From assembly GCA_050259635.1 (NCBI GenBank), contig JBLNBA010000002.1, positions 154,906-218,905 on the forward strand: 64,000 nt of DNA, given 5' to 3'. The translations under genes and the position numbers were made by a program. This document shows positions 8,870-18,117 of the stretch, in pieces (within the stretch, counting starts at the first letter, position 1; each line of letters opens with the position of its first letter). A model generated the notes under the pieces. The model was not told the origin of the DNA. It saw nothing but the letters and a program-made list of their open reading frames with translations, and ran no database searches. Source of the DNA: Bacillota bacterium. Lineage in GTDB: Bacteria; Patescibacteriota; Patescibacteriia; Patescibacteriales; UBA12465.

Positions 8870-10204
8870 CTAGCGGAGTCCCGTGCTGCCGAAACCGCCG
8901 TCTAAGCGGCTGGTATCATTTTCCACCTTTCCTTCTTCTATCTTGGGAAATTCTACTTTCTGGATTAAGAGCTGAGCTATTTTCTGTCCCGCTTGGATAT
9001 TATATATATCTTCGCTCAGATTCTTGAAGACGACCATGATTTCTCCGCGGTAGCCGGAATCTATGACTCCGCCCATCGTCTTATATCCTTGGGCGGCTAA
9101 GCCGCTCTTATCCCAGATCAAACCGGCATACCCCTCCGGAATCATGAGCTTGACGCCGGTGCGGATGCGATCCGTGCCATAGGCGGGGACGGAGACGTTT
9201 TCGCAGGCATAAAGATCAAGGCCGGCATCAGTGGCATGTGCCCGCGTGGGCAGCTTGGCTTCTGCGTGAACTCTCTCGGCAAGGATTGCTGGTTTCTCAT
9301 TATCCGTGACAGAGGCAGGGAGGGCAGTGGCAGCGGTAACGGGGGTAAGATTCTCTCGCGTGTCTTCCGGGTGGGCGGGGACTCCTTTTTCTCCCCTGTC
9401 TGTTTGCCCGATCTCCGCTTTGGGGGTGTCGATGAACTGTGGCAGGTTACTGCCGATTTTTCCCTTGCCTACGAGGATATCCGCCACCGGTTGCATGCCG
9501 GCCGGCTTTTTCGTACCGCCGATGCTCAGGATGCGGTTGACATAGAGCCAGACAAGGTAGTTTATATCTTCTCGGCTCATAATCTCGCCGTTGCGGGTGC
9601 AGCGGATGAGACGGAAGTCCGGCATCGTCTGTGCTATTTCCAGATATACCTGTTCTGCTTTTTTGAGATGCTGCAGGTTTTCTTCGTGGATGTCTTTGGT
9701 TTTTCCTTTCCAATCCTCGCGTCCGCGGTCCTGAGCCATCTTTTGGGCTATTTCCGCCTCTACATGCAGGATGAGATAGAGATCGGGCTTGGGAATACGG
9801 AAGATCTTGTATTCGATCTCGCTTAACCAGTTGAAGAATAACTTCCTTTCCAAAGCGTTTTCTATTTTCCCCCCCTGGTGGGCGAAGCTGGCGGAAACAT
9901 AACGGTTACAGACCACGATCTTGCCCTGGGAAAGCCATTCGCGGATCTTGAAGCTGGCATCAAAACGATCGGTGGCGTATAAGATCGAGGCTGCATACGG
10001 ATTGACGTCATCTGCGCCTCCGTATTTTCCTGAGAGATATTCTTCCACCATGCCCGCGGATTTCTGATTATATTGCGGAAAGTCTGCCAACTCCACGTCG
10101 TATCCTTCGGCCGCGAGCTTGGATACCAAAAGTTGCAGCTGTGTAGTTTTGCCGCTGCCGTCGGTGCCGTCTATGACAATGAATTTTCCGGGATAGGATG
10201 ACAT
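8870..10204 (-). CDS. tmk-dut: fusion protein: thymidylate kinase (N-terminal) + dUTPase (C-terminal)
   Basis: Tmk P-loop IVIDGTDGSGKTTQ and DRFDAS motif; all five dUTPase motifs at the C-terminus (AGLDLY, KSG, GVIDSGYRGE, KIAQLL, RLDGGFGSTG); low-complexity linker about 100 aa. Confidence 0.8.
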   Translation of the reverse strand: MSSYPGKFIVIDGTDGSGKTTQLQLLVSKLAAEGYDVELADFPQYNQKSAGMVEEYLSGKYGGADDVNPYAASILYATDRFDASFKIREWLSQGKIVVCNRYVSASFAHQGGKIENALERKLFFNWLSEIEYKIFRIPKPDLYLILHVEAEIAQKMAQDRGREDWKGKTKDIHEENLQHLKKAEQVYLEIAQTMPDFRLIRCTRNGEIMSREDINYLVWLYVNRILSIGGTKKPAGMQPVADILVGKGKIGSNLPQFIDTPKAEIGQTDRGEKGVPAHPEDTRENLTPVTAATALPASVTDNEKPAILAERVHAEAKLPTRAHATDAGLDLYACENVSVPAYGTDRIRTGVKLMIPEGYAGLIWDKSGLAAQGYKTMGGVIDSGYRGEIMVVFKNLSEDIYNIQAGQKIAQLLIQKVEFPKIEEGKVENDTSRLDGGFGSTGLR

Positions 10205-10263
10205 AGGGATAAGAAAAAAGCGCCGGCATACGCCTGAGCACTCCTCCTTGCTTTTTTAAACTA

Positions 10264-10821
10264 TCATTTATTCTTTATTTCCTCAATAAGATTATCTAGC
10301 TGGGATTCCAGATTTTCCAGGTCGCCGTTATTATCCAGATGGAATGAGGCGGCCGCCATGGTTTCAGGGATCTGTTGCTCTGCTTCTCGGTTTTCGTCGG
10401 CCAGGAATTCCGGGTAGGTTTTTTCCGCGTCGCCGGCATTTTCATTGCGCTGTTTCATGCGTTCGTATCTGGTGTTGGGGTCGGCCTCGATACTGATCAG
10501 ATAGAACCCCGGTATGTCTTTTAGGGAGGAGATATCTTCCAAGCGGCGGACGCCGTCGATAACAACGATTTCGCTATCATTTTTAAGAGCATCTTCGGCA
10601 ATGACTCTCGATAATATATCGGCTCCAAAACGGTTACGTAGGTCCAGGGAAAGCCCTTGGAGGCCTTCACGGGTGGCAGGAAGGTACAGGCGGTCCATGA
10701 TGTCGCGTAGGGGCGTGGAGAAACGGGCGCTTTTGGCACCATATTTCTCACCTAAATATTTTTGGCAGACCGCTTTGCCACTTGCCAGGCGGCCGACGAA
10801 TCCGAGGACGAATCTTGCCAT
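10264..10821 (-). CDS. small P-loop kinase, dephospho-CoA-kinase(CoaE)-like fold with non-canonical Walker A (GRLASGKAV)
   Basis: P-loop near the N-terminus; VVIDGVR and HLDNNGDLENL segments resemble CoaE; function inferred only. Confidence 0.35.
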   Translation of the reverse strand: MARFVLGFVGRLASGKAVCQKYLGEKYGAKSARFSTPLRDIMDRLYLPATREGLQGLSLDLRNRFGADILSRVIAEDALKNDSEIVVIDGVRRLEDISSLKDIPGFYLISIEADPNTRYERMKQRNENAGDAEKTYPEFLADENREAEQQIPETMAAASFHLDNNGDLENLESQLDNLIEEIKNK

Positions 10822-10822
10822 A

Positions 10823-12121
10823 TTAGCGTTGTTCCTTCAATACGATGTCATGGAGTCCGCGGCGCACATCCCAATCATCCAGGTCTAGATCGCAGTGGAG
10901 CGCCACTTCCGGCAGATTCTGGCGGAGGGCTTCATACATCTTGTGGGCCACTCGTCTGAGACTAGGGTGGACAGTCTTTCCCGAGCGTAGTTCGGTTACA
11001 TAGATGGCGGAAGTGAGAGGGTTGGTGATGTGGCAGAAGACATTGAAGCCCATGGCGATGTAGTATTGCTTGAGTTCGGGGCTTGCTTCGAGTGCATCCA
11101 CCTTGGTTTTCTGGGAAGCGATGAGGTTCTCCGCATCAAGGCGCATCTCTTCTGGCAGCTGTTCTAGGTACCAAGATTGGAAACCGAGTTGCGTGGTGAG
11201 CAGAGGAGTGCGGGCGATAGCACTGCGGTGGCGCTGAATATCCCGATATGAACCGTAATCGAGTAGGAACTCGAAGCGGCAATTTCCGAGGTCGGCCATG
11301 AAATAGGGAAGATTGGTTTTGATCGGGCGCTTATCCAATGCTTCCTGGAAATTCTTCAATTCATTACGGTCGATGTCGGTTGAGAATGAGAATTCCTTGG
11401 GGTCTTTCGGGGCGAAATATGAATATTTTGCCATCATCTCTTCACGGTAGGCTTCTTGTTCCGGATATTGCTGGTGGGAAAAGCTGTTTTCATAACGGGA
11501 GCGCAGTTCGGCAAGAATCTGTTCGGCTAATTCGCGCATCTCCTGGAGAGGATGATGCCTGAGAAGAGAGAGCTTATCCCAGGCTTGGCGCAGATTGGTG
11601 TGCCAGCTGAGCTGAGTGGTGATGCCGGCCGGCAAAAAGCCGCGCATGATGTCGAAGGAGCGGGCGCTGATTGCCTTGTCATACATTTTCTCGTCCTCTT
11701 CGTCTCGGCGGGGGTATTTTTCCTTGAGGAAGGGAGTGATCCTTTCACGCCCTTTGATATAAAAATCCATCCAGGCATCGATAATCGCTTTGGATTCGGC
11801 AGTCGCTAAAGGGTCTATTATCGCTTGGCTGGCCATGTCGATGTAGCGGGTGCTGGTCTCCTGTCCGCTATATAGTGGCCAGTCCTGCACCGCCTTATCG
11901 GCTAGGATGCTCAAGCCTTCGATGAAGATGGTAGTGCTGCCGCAATCCGCAATAGAAGCGTGCCCGTAACCGACGTAGAACGTGGACATGAATTTGCCGG
12001 AGCCGCTCTGCCTTACTTTTTCCACATGCTCTTCGACGCTTTTTGGGCTGCGGGAATATAGCGCCTGCATCATGGCGGTGTCCTCCGGGTTGAACTCATC
12101 GTAGACGAATACTTTTGCCAT
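10823..12121 (-). CDS. thyX: FAD-dependent thymidylate synthase ThyX-like, long form (432 aa)
   Basis: N-terminal GYGHASIADCGSTTIFIEGLS resembles the ThyX core, and ...STRY follows; an RHR motif is present only in the second half (QRHRSAIAR); context with dCMP deaminase, Tmk and Dut. Confidence 0.5.
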   Translation of the reverse strand: MAKVFVYDEFNPEDTAMMQALYSRSPKSVEEHVEKVRQSGSGKFMSTFYVGYGHASIADCGSTTIFIEGLSILADKAVQDWPLYSGQETSTRYIDMASQAIIDPLATAESKAIIDAWMDFYIKGRERITPFLKEKYPRRDEEDEKMYDKAISARSFDIMRGFLPAGITTQLSWHTNLRQAWDKLSLLRHHPLQEMRELAEQILAELRSRYENSFSHQQYPEQEAYREEMMAKYSYFAPKDPKEFSFSTDIDRNELKNFQEALDKRPIKTNLPYFMADLGNCRFEFLLDYGSYRDIQRHRSAIARTPLLTTQLGFQSWYLEQLPEEMRLDAENLIASQKTKVDALEASPELKQYYIAMGFNVFCHITNPLTSAIYVTELRSGKTVHPSLRRVAHKMYEALRQNLPEVALHCDLDLDDWDVRRGLHDIVLKEQR

Positions 12122-12131
12122 ATGTTTGAAA

Positions 12132-12659
12132 TTATTGGTCTTTATATACTGTCATCATTTCGGAGGCCAGAAAGAATTCTACTTTTGCCAGTCCGAAAAT
12201 TTCTTTGCTTCGTGAACCGGCGTGGTAGTCCTGGGCGCAGACGACCCGTTTTATCCCGGCATTGATAATCATCTTGGCGCAGGTATAGCAGGGAGTCATC
12301 TTGCAATATAGCGTACCGCCTTCTAAGGGGATGCCCATGCGAGCCGCCTCGCAGATGGCATTCTGTTCGGCATGGGTAGTGCGGATGCAATGTCGGCTTG
12401 AGGTGCCGTCTTCGTGAGTAACGGTGTGCATCTCGTGCCCCACCTCATCGCAGTGGGGAGCGCCTACGGGGGAGCCGACATAGCCGGTCGCCACGATGCG
12501 GCGGTCTTTCGTTATCACACAGCCCGCGCGTCCCCGATCACAGGTACCGCGAGTGCCGACCATTACGGCGATTTTGAGGAAATATTCATCCCAAGCCGGG
12601 CGAACGTAGCTGTTTTCTTCGCTCATAGATTTCAGGTGAGATAATGAGGTTAAAAGCAA
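12132..12659 (-). CDS. dCMP deaminase (zinc-dependent cytidine/deoxycytidylate deaminase family)
   Basis: HAEQNAI ... PCYTCAKMI zinc-binding motifs; start may be the internal Met at about 12626. Confidence 0.8.
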   Translation of the reverse strand: MLLTSLSHLKSMSEENSYVRPAWDEYFLKIAVMVGTRGTCDRGRAGCVITKDRRIVATGYVGSPVGAPHCDEVGHEMHTVTHEDGTSSRHCIRTTHAEQNAICEAARMGIPLEGGTLYCKMTPCYTCAKMIINAGIKRVVCAQDYHAGSRSKEIFGLAKVEFFLASEMMTVYKDQ

Positions 12660-12798
12660 TTATATTGTAGTATAGAATGCTTAATTATTGAATATTGACA
12701 ACCTGGCCTTATCGTACCGGCGTTGATTTTTTCTCATAAATCGGTTACACTAGCCATAGGATTTTCTTTTATTCTCGCAAAAAATTTCTTCTTATTTT

Positions 12799-14037
12799 AT
12801 GAAATATTGGCTATATATCTTCCTTGTCTTCGCCGGCCTGCTCGGTTTCGCTTCGGGAAGGGCTCAAGCGGCAGGGATAGCAGAAAATCTCTCCGGCCGG
12901 ATTGTCTTGAGCGTGCAGGAGCATGGCGAAGCTTGGTATATTAATCCGGTTGATCTCCGCCGTTACTTTCTGGGACGTCCTTCTGATGCTTTTGGAGTAA
13001 TGAGAGAGCTGGGGTTGGGGATCAGCGAGCAGCAGTTCCAGGAAATCGCCCAAGCTGGCTTGCCGGTGGAAGGGAACAAAGAATTGGCAGCTAAGCTTTC
13101 CGGCAAAATTTTGCTTCAGGTGGAGAAGAATGGCGAAGCTTGGTATGTTAATCCGGTTGATCTTAAAAAATACTATCTCGGCCGCCCCGATGATGCGTTC
13201 CGTATCATGCGCGAATTGGGTTTGGGCATAACCAGGGAGGACCTGGCTCGGATACATAAGCCGGGCTTGAGCGAAAGCCTTGATCAATTTAGCTCCTATG
13301 ACCTGAAGACGATCTCGACTGAGCGCGGTGATTTTAAGGCGGATGTGATGAAGATCAGCTTGAAGGATCCGGATTTAAAGATCATGACTATCACTGCTTC
13401 CGGGGCGGATTGCAAGGATGGACCTTGCCCGGCGGGAACCCTTGGCTCATTCGTATTTGATAATAATAGCTTCGCCGGGGTAAATGGCAGCTATTTTTGT
13501 TCCGGCAACGGGTGTGGCGCCGCCAATTATTTCTTCTTTCCTATCTATGACAGCCGGACGGGAGTGATGGTTAATCAAGACCAGCTAAAATATTGGACGA
13601 CCGGTCCGCTCATCGTCTTTGATGCTGATAACCGCTTTTATTACTTCAAGGACTCGCGGGAGTTTAAGAGCGTGGCGGACTTTGAAAGCACTTATGGTAC
13701 CCGCATACAGGCAGCTATCGGAAACAAGCCCAGATTGGTGGAAAAAGGGATGAATGCACTCATCGACTGGGAACTGGATAAGTCCCAGCGAACGGGGAAA
13801 TACTGGCGTAATGCCATCGGCTATATGGAAGATCCTTTGGATCCGGGGAAGGGTGATTTGTATATCGTGATCGCTCGAGCGGCTACGGTGGACGACTTGG
13901 CGGTCGTCATGAAATCCATGAATATGGATTATGCCTTGAATTTGGATGGAGGATCGTCTTCTGCTTTGATCTATAACGGCGAATACATGGTCGGACCCGG
14001 ACGGAATATTCCCAATGTCCTGGTATTCAAGCATTGA
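12799..14037 (+). CDS. secreted protein: signal peptide, two tandem copies of an about 50-aa repeat, C-terminal phosphodiester-glycosidase-like (DUF2233/NAGPA) domain
   Basis: repeats LSGRIVLSVQEHGEAWYINPVDLRRYFLGRP / LSGKILLQVEKNGEAWYVNPVDLKKYYLGRP; C-terminal ALNLDGGSSS motif. Confidence 0.5.
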   Translation: MKYWLYIFLVFAGLLGFASGRAQAAGIAENLSGRIVLSVQEHGEAWYINPVDLRRYFLGRPSDAFGVMRELGLGISEQQFQEIAQAGLPVEGNKELAAKLSGKILLQVEKNGEAWYVNPVDLKKYYLGRPDDAFRIMRELGLGITREDLARIHKPGLSESLDQFSSYDLKTISTERGDFKADVMKISLKDPDLKIMTITASGADCKDGPCPAGTLGSFVFDNNSFAGVNGSYFCSGNGCGAANYFFFPIYDSRTGVMVNQDQLKYWTTGPLIVFDADNRFYYFKDSREFKSVADFESTYGTRIQAAIGNKPRLVEKGMNALIDWELDKSQRTGKYWRNAIGYMEDPLDPGKGDLYIVIARAATVDDLAVVMKSMNMDYALNLDGGSSSALIYNGEYMVGPGRNIPNVLVFKH

Positions 14038-14038
14038 T

Positions 14039-14311
14039 ATGAATATTGAAGAAATAAAACGGGCCTTAGCCAGCAAGGGTAAAGCATCCTTCCATGTTAA
14101 GGTATCGCCGGGGGCTGATCGCACGGAATGGCAAGAGCCACTGGCAGACGGGACTTTGCGCCTTAAAGTTAAGTCTGCCCCCGAAAGGGGCAAGGCAAAT
14201 GAAGAGGTGGTCAGCTTTATTGCGTCGGAATTAGGTATAAGGAAGAAAGAACTTGAAATTACCGCCGGGGGAGGGGCGCGTTTGAAACGTTTAAAGGCTC
14301 GCAAGGGATAA
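14039..14311 (+). CDS. DUF167 (YggU-like) small protein
   Basis: sequence HVKVSPGA...LRLKVKSAPERGKANEEV typical of DUF167. Confidence 0.6.
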   Translation: MNIEEIKRALASKGKASFHVKVSPGADRTEWQEPLADGTLRLKVKSAPERGKANEEVVSFIASELGIRKKELEITAGGGARLKRLKARKG

Positions 14312-14316
14312 TTTAT

Positions 14317-15162
14317 ATGGACATATCGGTCATAATCGTTTCTTGGAAAGTCAAAGAGAAGCTCAGAGAGAATCTGCTGTCTTTAAGGCCGGCTTTGAGC
14401 GGTTTGCAGGCAGAAGTATTTGTCGTGGATAACGCTTCCCAGGACGGGACGGCAGAGATGATAAAGAAAGAATTCCCTGAGGTCAGGCTAATCGCTAACG
14501 ATGAGAATTTGGGCTTTGCCAAAGCGAATAACCAGGCGATGAAGAAGGCGACGGGAGATTATTTCCTCTTGTTAAATCCCGATATGAGGGTTTTCCCCAA
14601 TACCATCCAGCGGAGCCTGATTTTTGCTGCTTCTAAACCTCGAGCGGTTGTTACCGGCGTGAAGCTAATCAGTGAAAGCGGAAACTTGGTTCCCCATGTG
14701 CGCCGTTTTCCGAGAATCGGCGATCAATTGGCAATCGTCTTGAAATTACCCCATCTTTTCCCGAAAGTCCTTGATGGTTACTTGCAGGAAGGCTTTGATT
14801 ATTCCCAGGAGGCGAAAGTGGATTCCATCCGTGGCGCCTTCTTTCTCATAAACCGGGGCTATTGGAAATCCCTAAGCAATGAAGACAAGCCTTTATTAGA
14901 CGAACGCTATTTCATTTGGTTTGAGGAGGTTGACTTTTGCCGACGAGTGTATGAGAATGGCGGGGAAGTCTGGTATACGCCGGATGCGGCCTGTGTGGAC
15001 TACGTGGGGCAGAGCTTCAAGAAAGTGAAAAGATCATCAAAGCAGCTTTATTTCCAGGAATCGATGATCGCCTATTTCCGCAAATGGGAGTCTCCCTGGA
15101 AGGCCTCGGTGCTTTCGCTTGCCTGGCCGATCGGGCGCTTAATCGCCAGAATATTTTCTTGA
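14317..15162 (+). CDS. glycosyltransferase family 2
   Basis: sequence SVIIVSWK...VVDNASQDGT is a GT2 N-terminal signature. Confidence 0.7.
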   Translation: MDISVIIVSWKVKEKLRENLLSLRPALSGLQAEVFVVDNASQDGTAEMIKKEFPEVRLIANDENLGFAKANNQAMKKATGDYFLLLNPDMRVFPNTIQRSLIFAASKPRAVVTGVKLISESGNLVPHVRRFPRIGDQLAIVLKLPHLFPKVLDGYLQEGFDYSQEAKVDSIRGAFFLINRGYWKSLSNEDKPLLDERYFIWFEEVDFCRRVYENGGEVWYTPDAACVDYVGQSFKKVKRSSKQLYFQESMIAYFRKWESPWKASVLSLAWPIGRLIARIFS

Positions 15163-15163
15163 T

Positions 15164-16216
15164 ATGAAAATTGGTCTCGTGCTGGTAAATTATAAGGATT
15201 ATGCGGAGCGCTTCTTAGCGCCTTGTTTGGCGTCCATCCGCGCCTTAGATCCGGCCTTGAAGCCGGATATTTTCATTGTTGATAATGCTAGTACGCCGGC
15301 GACAGCAGGCTTTCTGGCAATTGAAGCTCCAGAGGCACGACTGATCATAAATCAGAATAACGATGGTTTTGCCAAGGGGAACAACGATGCTATGCGGGTC
15401 ATGCTGGAAGAAGGATATGAATATATTCTGCTTCTAAACATGGACGCTTCTTTGGCACCCGATGCTTTATTAGAGATGGTGCACAAGCTGGAAACATCAG
15501 GGAAAGCCGGCGCAGCCCAGGCTAGGATAATGCTCGATCCCGATAAGGAATTAGTTAACAGCGTAGGCAACGCGACGCATTTTTTGGGTTTCGGCTACTG
15601 TTTGGGATATCGCCAGCCATATGGAGGAAAGGCGAAGGAAAAGATTGCCTATCCGTCGGGGGCTTGTGTCCTTTTGCGAGCGTCGGCATTGAAAGCGGCC
15701 GGGTTGTTTGATGAAGAATTTTGGATGTATAATGAAGACCAAGACTTGGGATGGCGCCTCTGGCTTTCCGGATGGGAATGCTTGTTGGCGGAGAAGGCGG
15801 TAGCTTACCATCATTATGAATTCAGCCGCTCTCAGAGCAAATATTTCTGGATGGAACGTAATCGCTTGATTGCCGCTTGGAAAAATTATTCCTGCCTGGC
15901 TTTGATTCTGGCTTTTCCGGCGCTTATAACGATGGAACTCGGCATGAGTTTCTTTTCTATCCGCTCCGGCTGGTTTGCGGAAAAGAGGCGTGCTTGGGCA
16001 TACTTCTTTAATCCTAAGAATTGGGGCTATCTTTATCGTGCAAGGAAACAAGCACAGTCTTTGCGCCAAAGGCCGGACCATGATATTTTAGAACTCTTTA
16101 CGGGGCGAATCTGGTATCAGGAGATAGACCATCCTCTCCTGCGTTATGTGGCTAACCCGATTTTTTCCGCCTATTTCGTTCTGCTTAAGGCGATCTTGAG
16201 ATTAGCCAGCAAATGA
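15164..16216 (+). CDS. glycosyltransferase family 2
   Basis: sequence VLVNYKDY...IVDNAST, with DxD-type region. Confidence 0.7.
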   Translation: MKIGLVLVNYKDYAERFLAPCLASIRALDPALKPDIFIVDNASTPATAGFLAIEAPEARLIINQNNDGFAKGNNDAMRVMLEEGYEYILLLNMDASLAPDALLEMVHKLETSGKAGAAQARIMLDPDKELVNSVGNATHFLGFGYCLGYRQPYGGKAKEKIAYPSGACVLLRASALKAAGLFDEEFWMYNEDQDLGWRLWLSGWECLLAEKAVAYHHYEFSRSQSKYFWMERNRLIAAWKNYSCLALILAFPALITMELGMSFFSIRSGWFAEKRRAWAYFFNPKNWGYLYRARKQAQSLRQRPDHDILELFTGRIWYQEIDHPLLRYVANPIFSAYFVLLKAILRLASK

Positions 16217-16217
16217 T

Positions 16218-17039
16218 ATGGAATTATCCGTTATTATCGTAAATTATAAGAGCAAAGAGAAGCTGGCAAATTGCCTGCGATCTTTAGCACTATCCGATTT
16301 AAAGGGGATCGAGTATGAGGTCTTGGTAGTGGAAAATTCTTCCGGAGATGATCTTTCCGATTTATTGGCAGCCTATCCTGAAGTGAGGCTTTTTGAGAGC
16401 CCCTCTAATCTTGGCATGGGCGGAGGAAATAATTTGGGGATCGGTAAGACGGCCGGCGAATATATCCTTATCGCTAACCCTGATATCGTTTTTTCTCCCT
16501 CCTCGATCCGAGAGCTCCTGGATTTCATCCGTCGCCATCCTGAAGCGGCAATCGTGGGACCGAAACTCCTGAATACTAATGGGACTCTGCAATATTCCTG
16601 CGCGCGTTTTCCCGGCTTCTTCGTCCCCTTCCTTCGGCGCACGTTCATCGGCCGCTATTTGCCTAAAGCAGTTGATCGTTACCTGATGAAAGATGAAGGC
16701 CATGATCGGACGGCAGCGGTGGATTGGATTATGGGAGCCTGCTTGTTGGTTAGGCGGGGCGAACTTTTTGAAGACGGGAAGCTTTTTGACGAACGGTTCT
16801 TTATGTACTTCGAAGATGTCGATATCTGCCGGCGAGCCAGGGAGAAGGGAAAGTATACGATTTATCTTTCCGAAACCGCCGTTACCCATGATCATCAGCG
16901 GGAAAGCGCCCGTTTGCCTTGGTATCAGGCGATTTTGAAAGATAAGCTAGCCCGCGAACATATTAGCTCCTGGTGGAAGTATTTCATTAAATGGGGTCTG
17001 AAAGCCGCCCCTAAATTAAATCCATATGCAAAAGATTAA
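16218..17039 (+). CDS. glycosyltransferase family 2
   Basis: sequence SVIIVNYKSKE...VVENSSGDD. Confidence 0.7.
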   Translation: MELSVIIVNYKSKEKLANCLRSLALSDLKGIEYEVLVVENSSGDDLSDLLAAYPEVRLFESPSNLGMGGGNNLGIGKTAGEYILIANPDIVFSPSSIRELLDFIRRHPEAAIVGPKLLNTNGTLQYSCARFPGFFVPFLRRTFIGRYLPKAVDRYLMKDEGHDRTAAVDWIMGACLLVRRGELFEDGKLFDERFFMYFEDVDICRRAREKGKYTIYLSETAVTHDHQRESARLPWYQAILKDKLAREHISSWWKYFIKWGLKAAPKLNPYAKD

Positions 17040-17898
17040 GAAAGCGATATTGCCCGTAGCGGGTTTCGGTACCCGTTTCCTTCCCGCCACTAAAGCCCAG
17101 CCGAAAGAAATGCTGCCGGTGGTGGATAAGCCCGTTATTCAATATTTGGTGGAAGAAGCAGTGGCTGCCGGAATCGAAGAGATAATCTTTGTCACCGGTC
17201 GAGGGAAGAGGGCGATAGAGGATCATTTTGATTATTCCTTCGAACTATCCAAGACTCTGGTGGAGAAGAATAAGCTGGACTTGGTGAAGAAGGTACAGGC
17301 GATTGAGAATTTGGCCAAATTTTCCTATGTCCGGCAACCCATCCCTTTAGGGGACGGGCATGCGATCAAGTGCGCTTCACATTTGGTTCGTGAAGACGAA
17401 CCGGTCCTGGTAATGTTCGGCGATACTTTATACGACTCTAAAGTTTCTCCGGCCAAGCAGGTGATCGAAGCTTATGAACGCTATGGGGATCCGGTGGTCG
17501 GATTATCTGAAGTAGATCCGGAAGAAGTGAATAAGTTCGGGGTGATCGACGGACTTGATTTGGGAGAAGGAAACTTTGAAATCAAGAAGTTTGTCGAGAA
17601 ACCGGCTGTGGGAGAGGCTCCGTCCAACCTGGCGGCGGTGGGTATTTACGTCATTACGCCTGAAGTCCTGCAAATCCTTAATGGCATGGAGAGCGGCAAG
17701 TCCGGCGAGATTCGCTTGGCAGACGCTTTTGACCTCATGCTGGATGCCGGCCGGCCGTTATATGGCAAGCGTTTAGAAGGGGAATGGCTAGATACGGGAA
17801 ATAAGTTTAATTTCATCAAAGCGACGATCAAGCTGGGCTTAAAGGATGAGGAGATCGGAGAAGAGTTGAAGCGGCTTATAAGGGAGTTGGCTAAGTAA
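17026..17898 (+). CDS. galU: UTP--glucose-1-phosphate uridylyltransferase
   Basis: segment KAILPVAGFGTRFLPATKAQPKEMLPVVDKPVIQY. Confidence 0.85.
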   Translation: MQKIKKAILPVAGFGTRFLPATKAQPKEMLPVVDKPVIQYLVEEAVAAGIEEIIFVTGRGKRAIEDHFDYSFELSKTLVEKNKLDLVKKVQAIENLAKFSYVRQPIPLGDGHAIKCASHLVREDEPVLVMFGDTLYDSKVSPAKQVIEAYERYGDPVVGLSEVDPEEVNKFGVIDGLDLGEGNFEIKKFVEKPAVGEAPSNLAAVGIYVITPEVLQILNGMESGKSGEIRLADAFDLMLDAGRPLYGKRLEGEWLDTGNKFNFIKATIKLGLKDEEIGEELKRLIRELAK

Positions 17899-17909
17899 GG
17901 ACAAAAGAC

Positions 17910-17936
17910 AAAACGCTCAGAAATGGGCGTTTTTTG
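17910..17936 (+). terminator. terminator after galU (ACGCTCA-GAAA-TGGGCGT + T6)
   Basis: stem with GNRA loop and T-run. Confidence 0.55.
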
Positions 17937-18117
17937 ATATATATATTGACAGTTGATCAATTATATAATAAGTTTTACGGTTGATCATTACAATTAGTAT
18001 CATTGGTCATAGCCAAGAGATGGCTAAAGAGTTAATCATTTTTTGGCTGTGACCAAAAAGGCACGGTTCCTGCACCGGAAAAGGGCAATTTAAAAGCGCG
18101 TAGCGTAAGGAGGCTTT

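Noticed and set aside
9236-9826. 196-aa plus-strand ORF within tmk-dut
   Set aside because: Antisense shadow ORF; the Tmk-Dut frame has all catalytic motifs.
10823-12121. Interpreting the 432-aa protein as something other than ThyX, for example a radical SAM enzyme or flavoprotein
   Set aside because: No CxxxCxxC or Rossmann motif was found. N- and C-terminal similarity to ThyX, together with the dTMP operon context, favour a ThyX-like call with reduced confidence.
13585-14304. 239-aa minus-strand ORF overlapping the phosphodiester-glycosidase gene and DUF167
   Set aside because: Antisense to two well-supported genes; no motifs.
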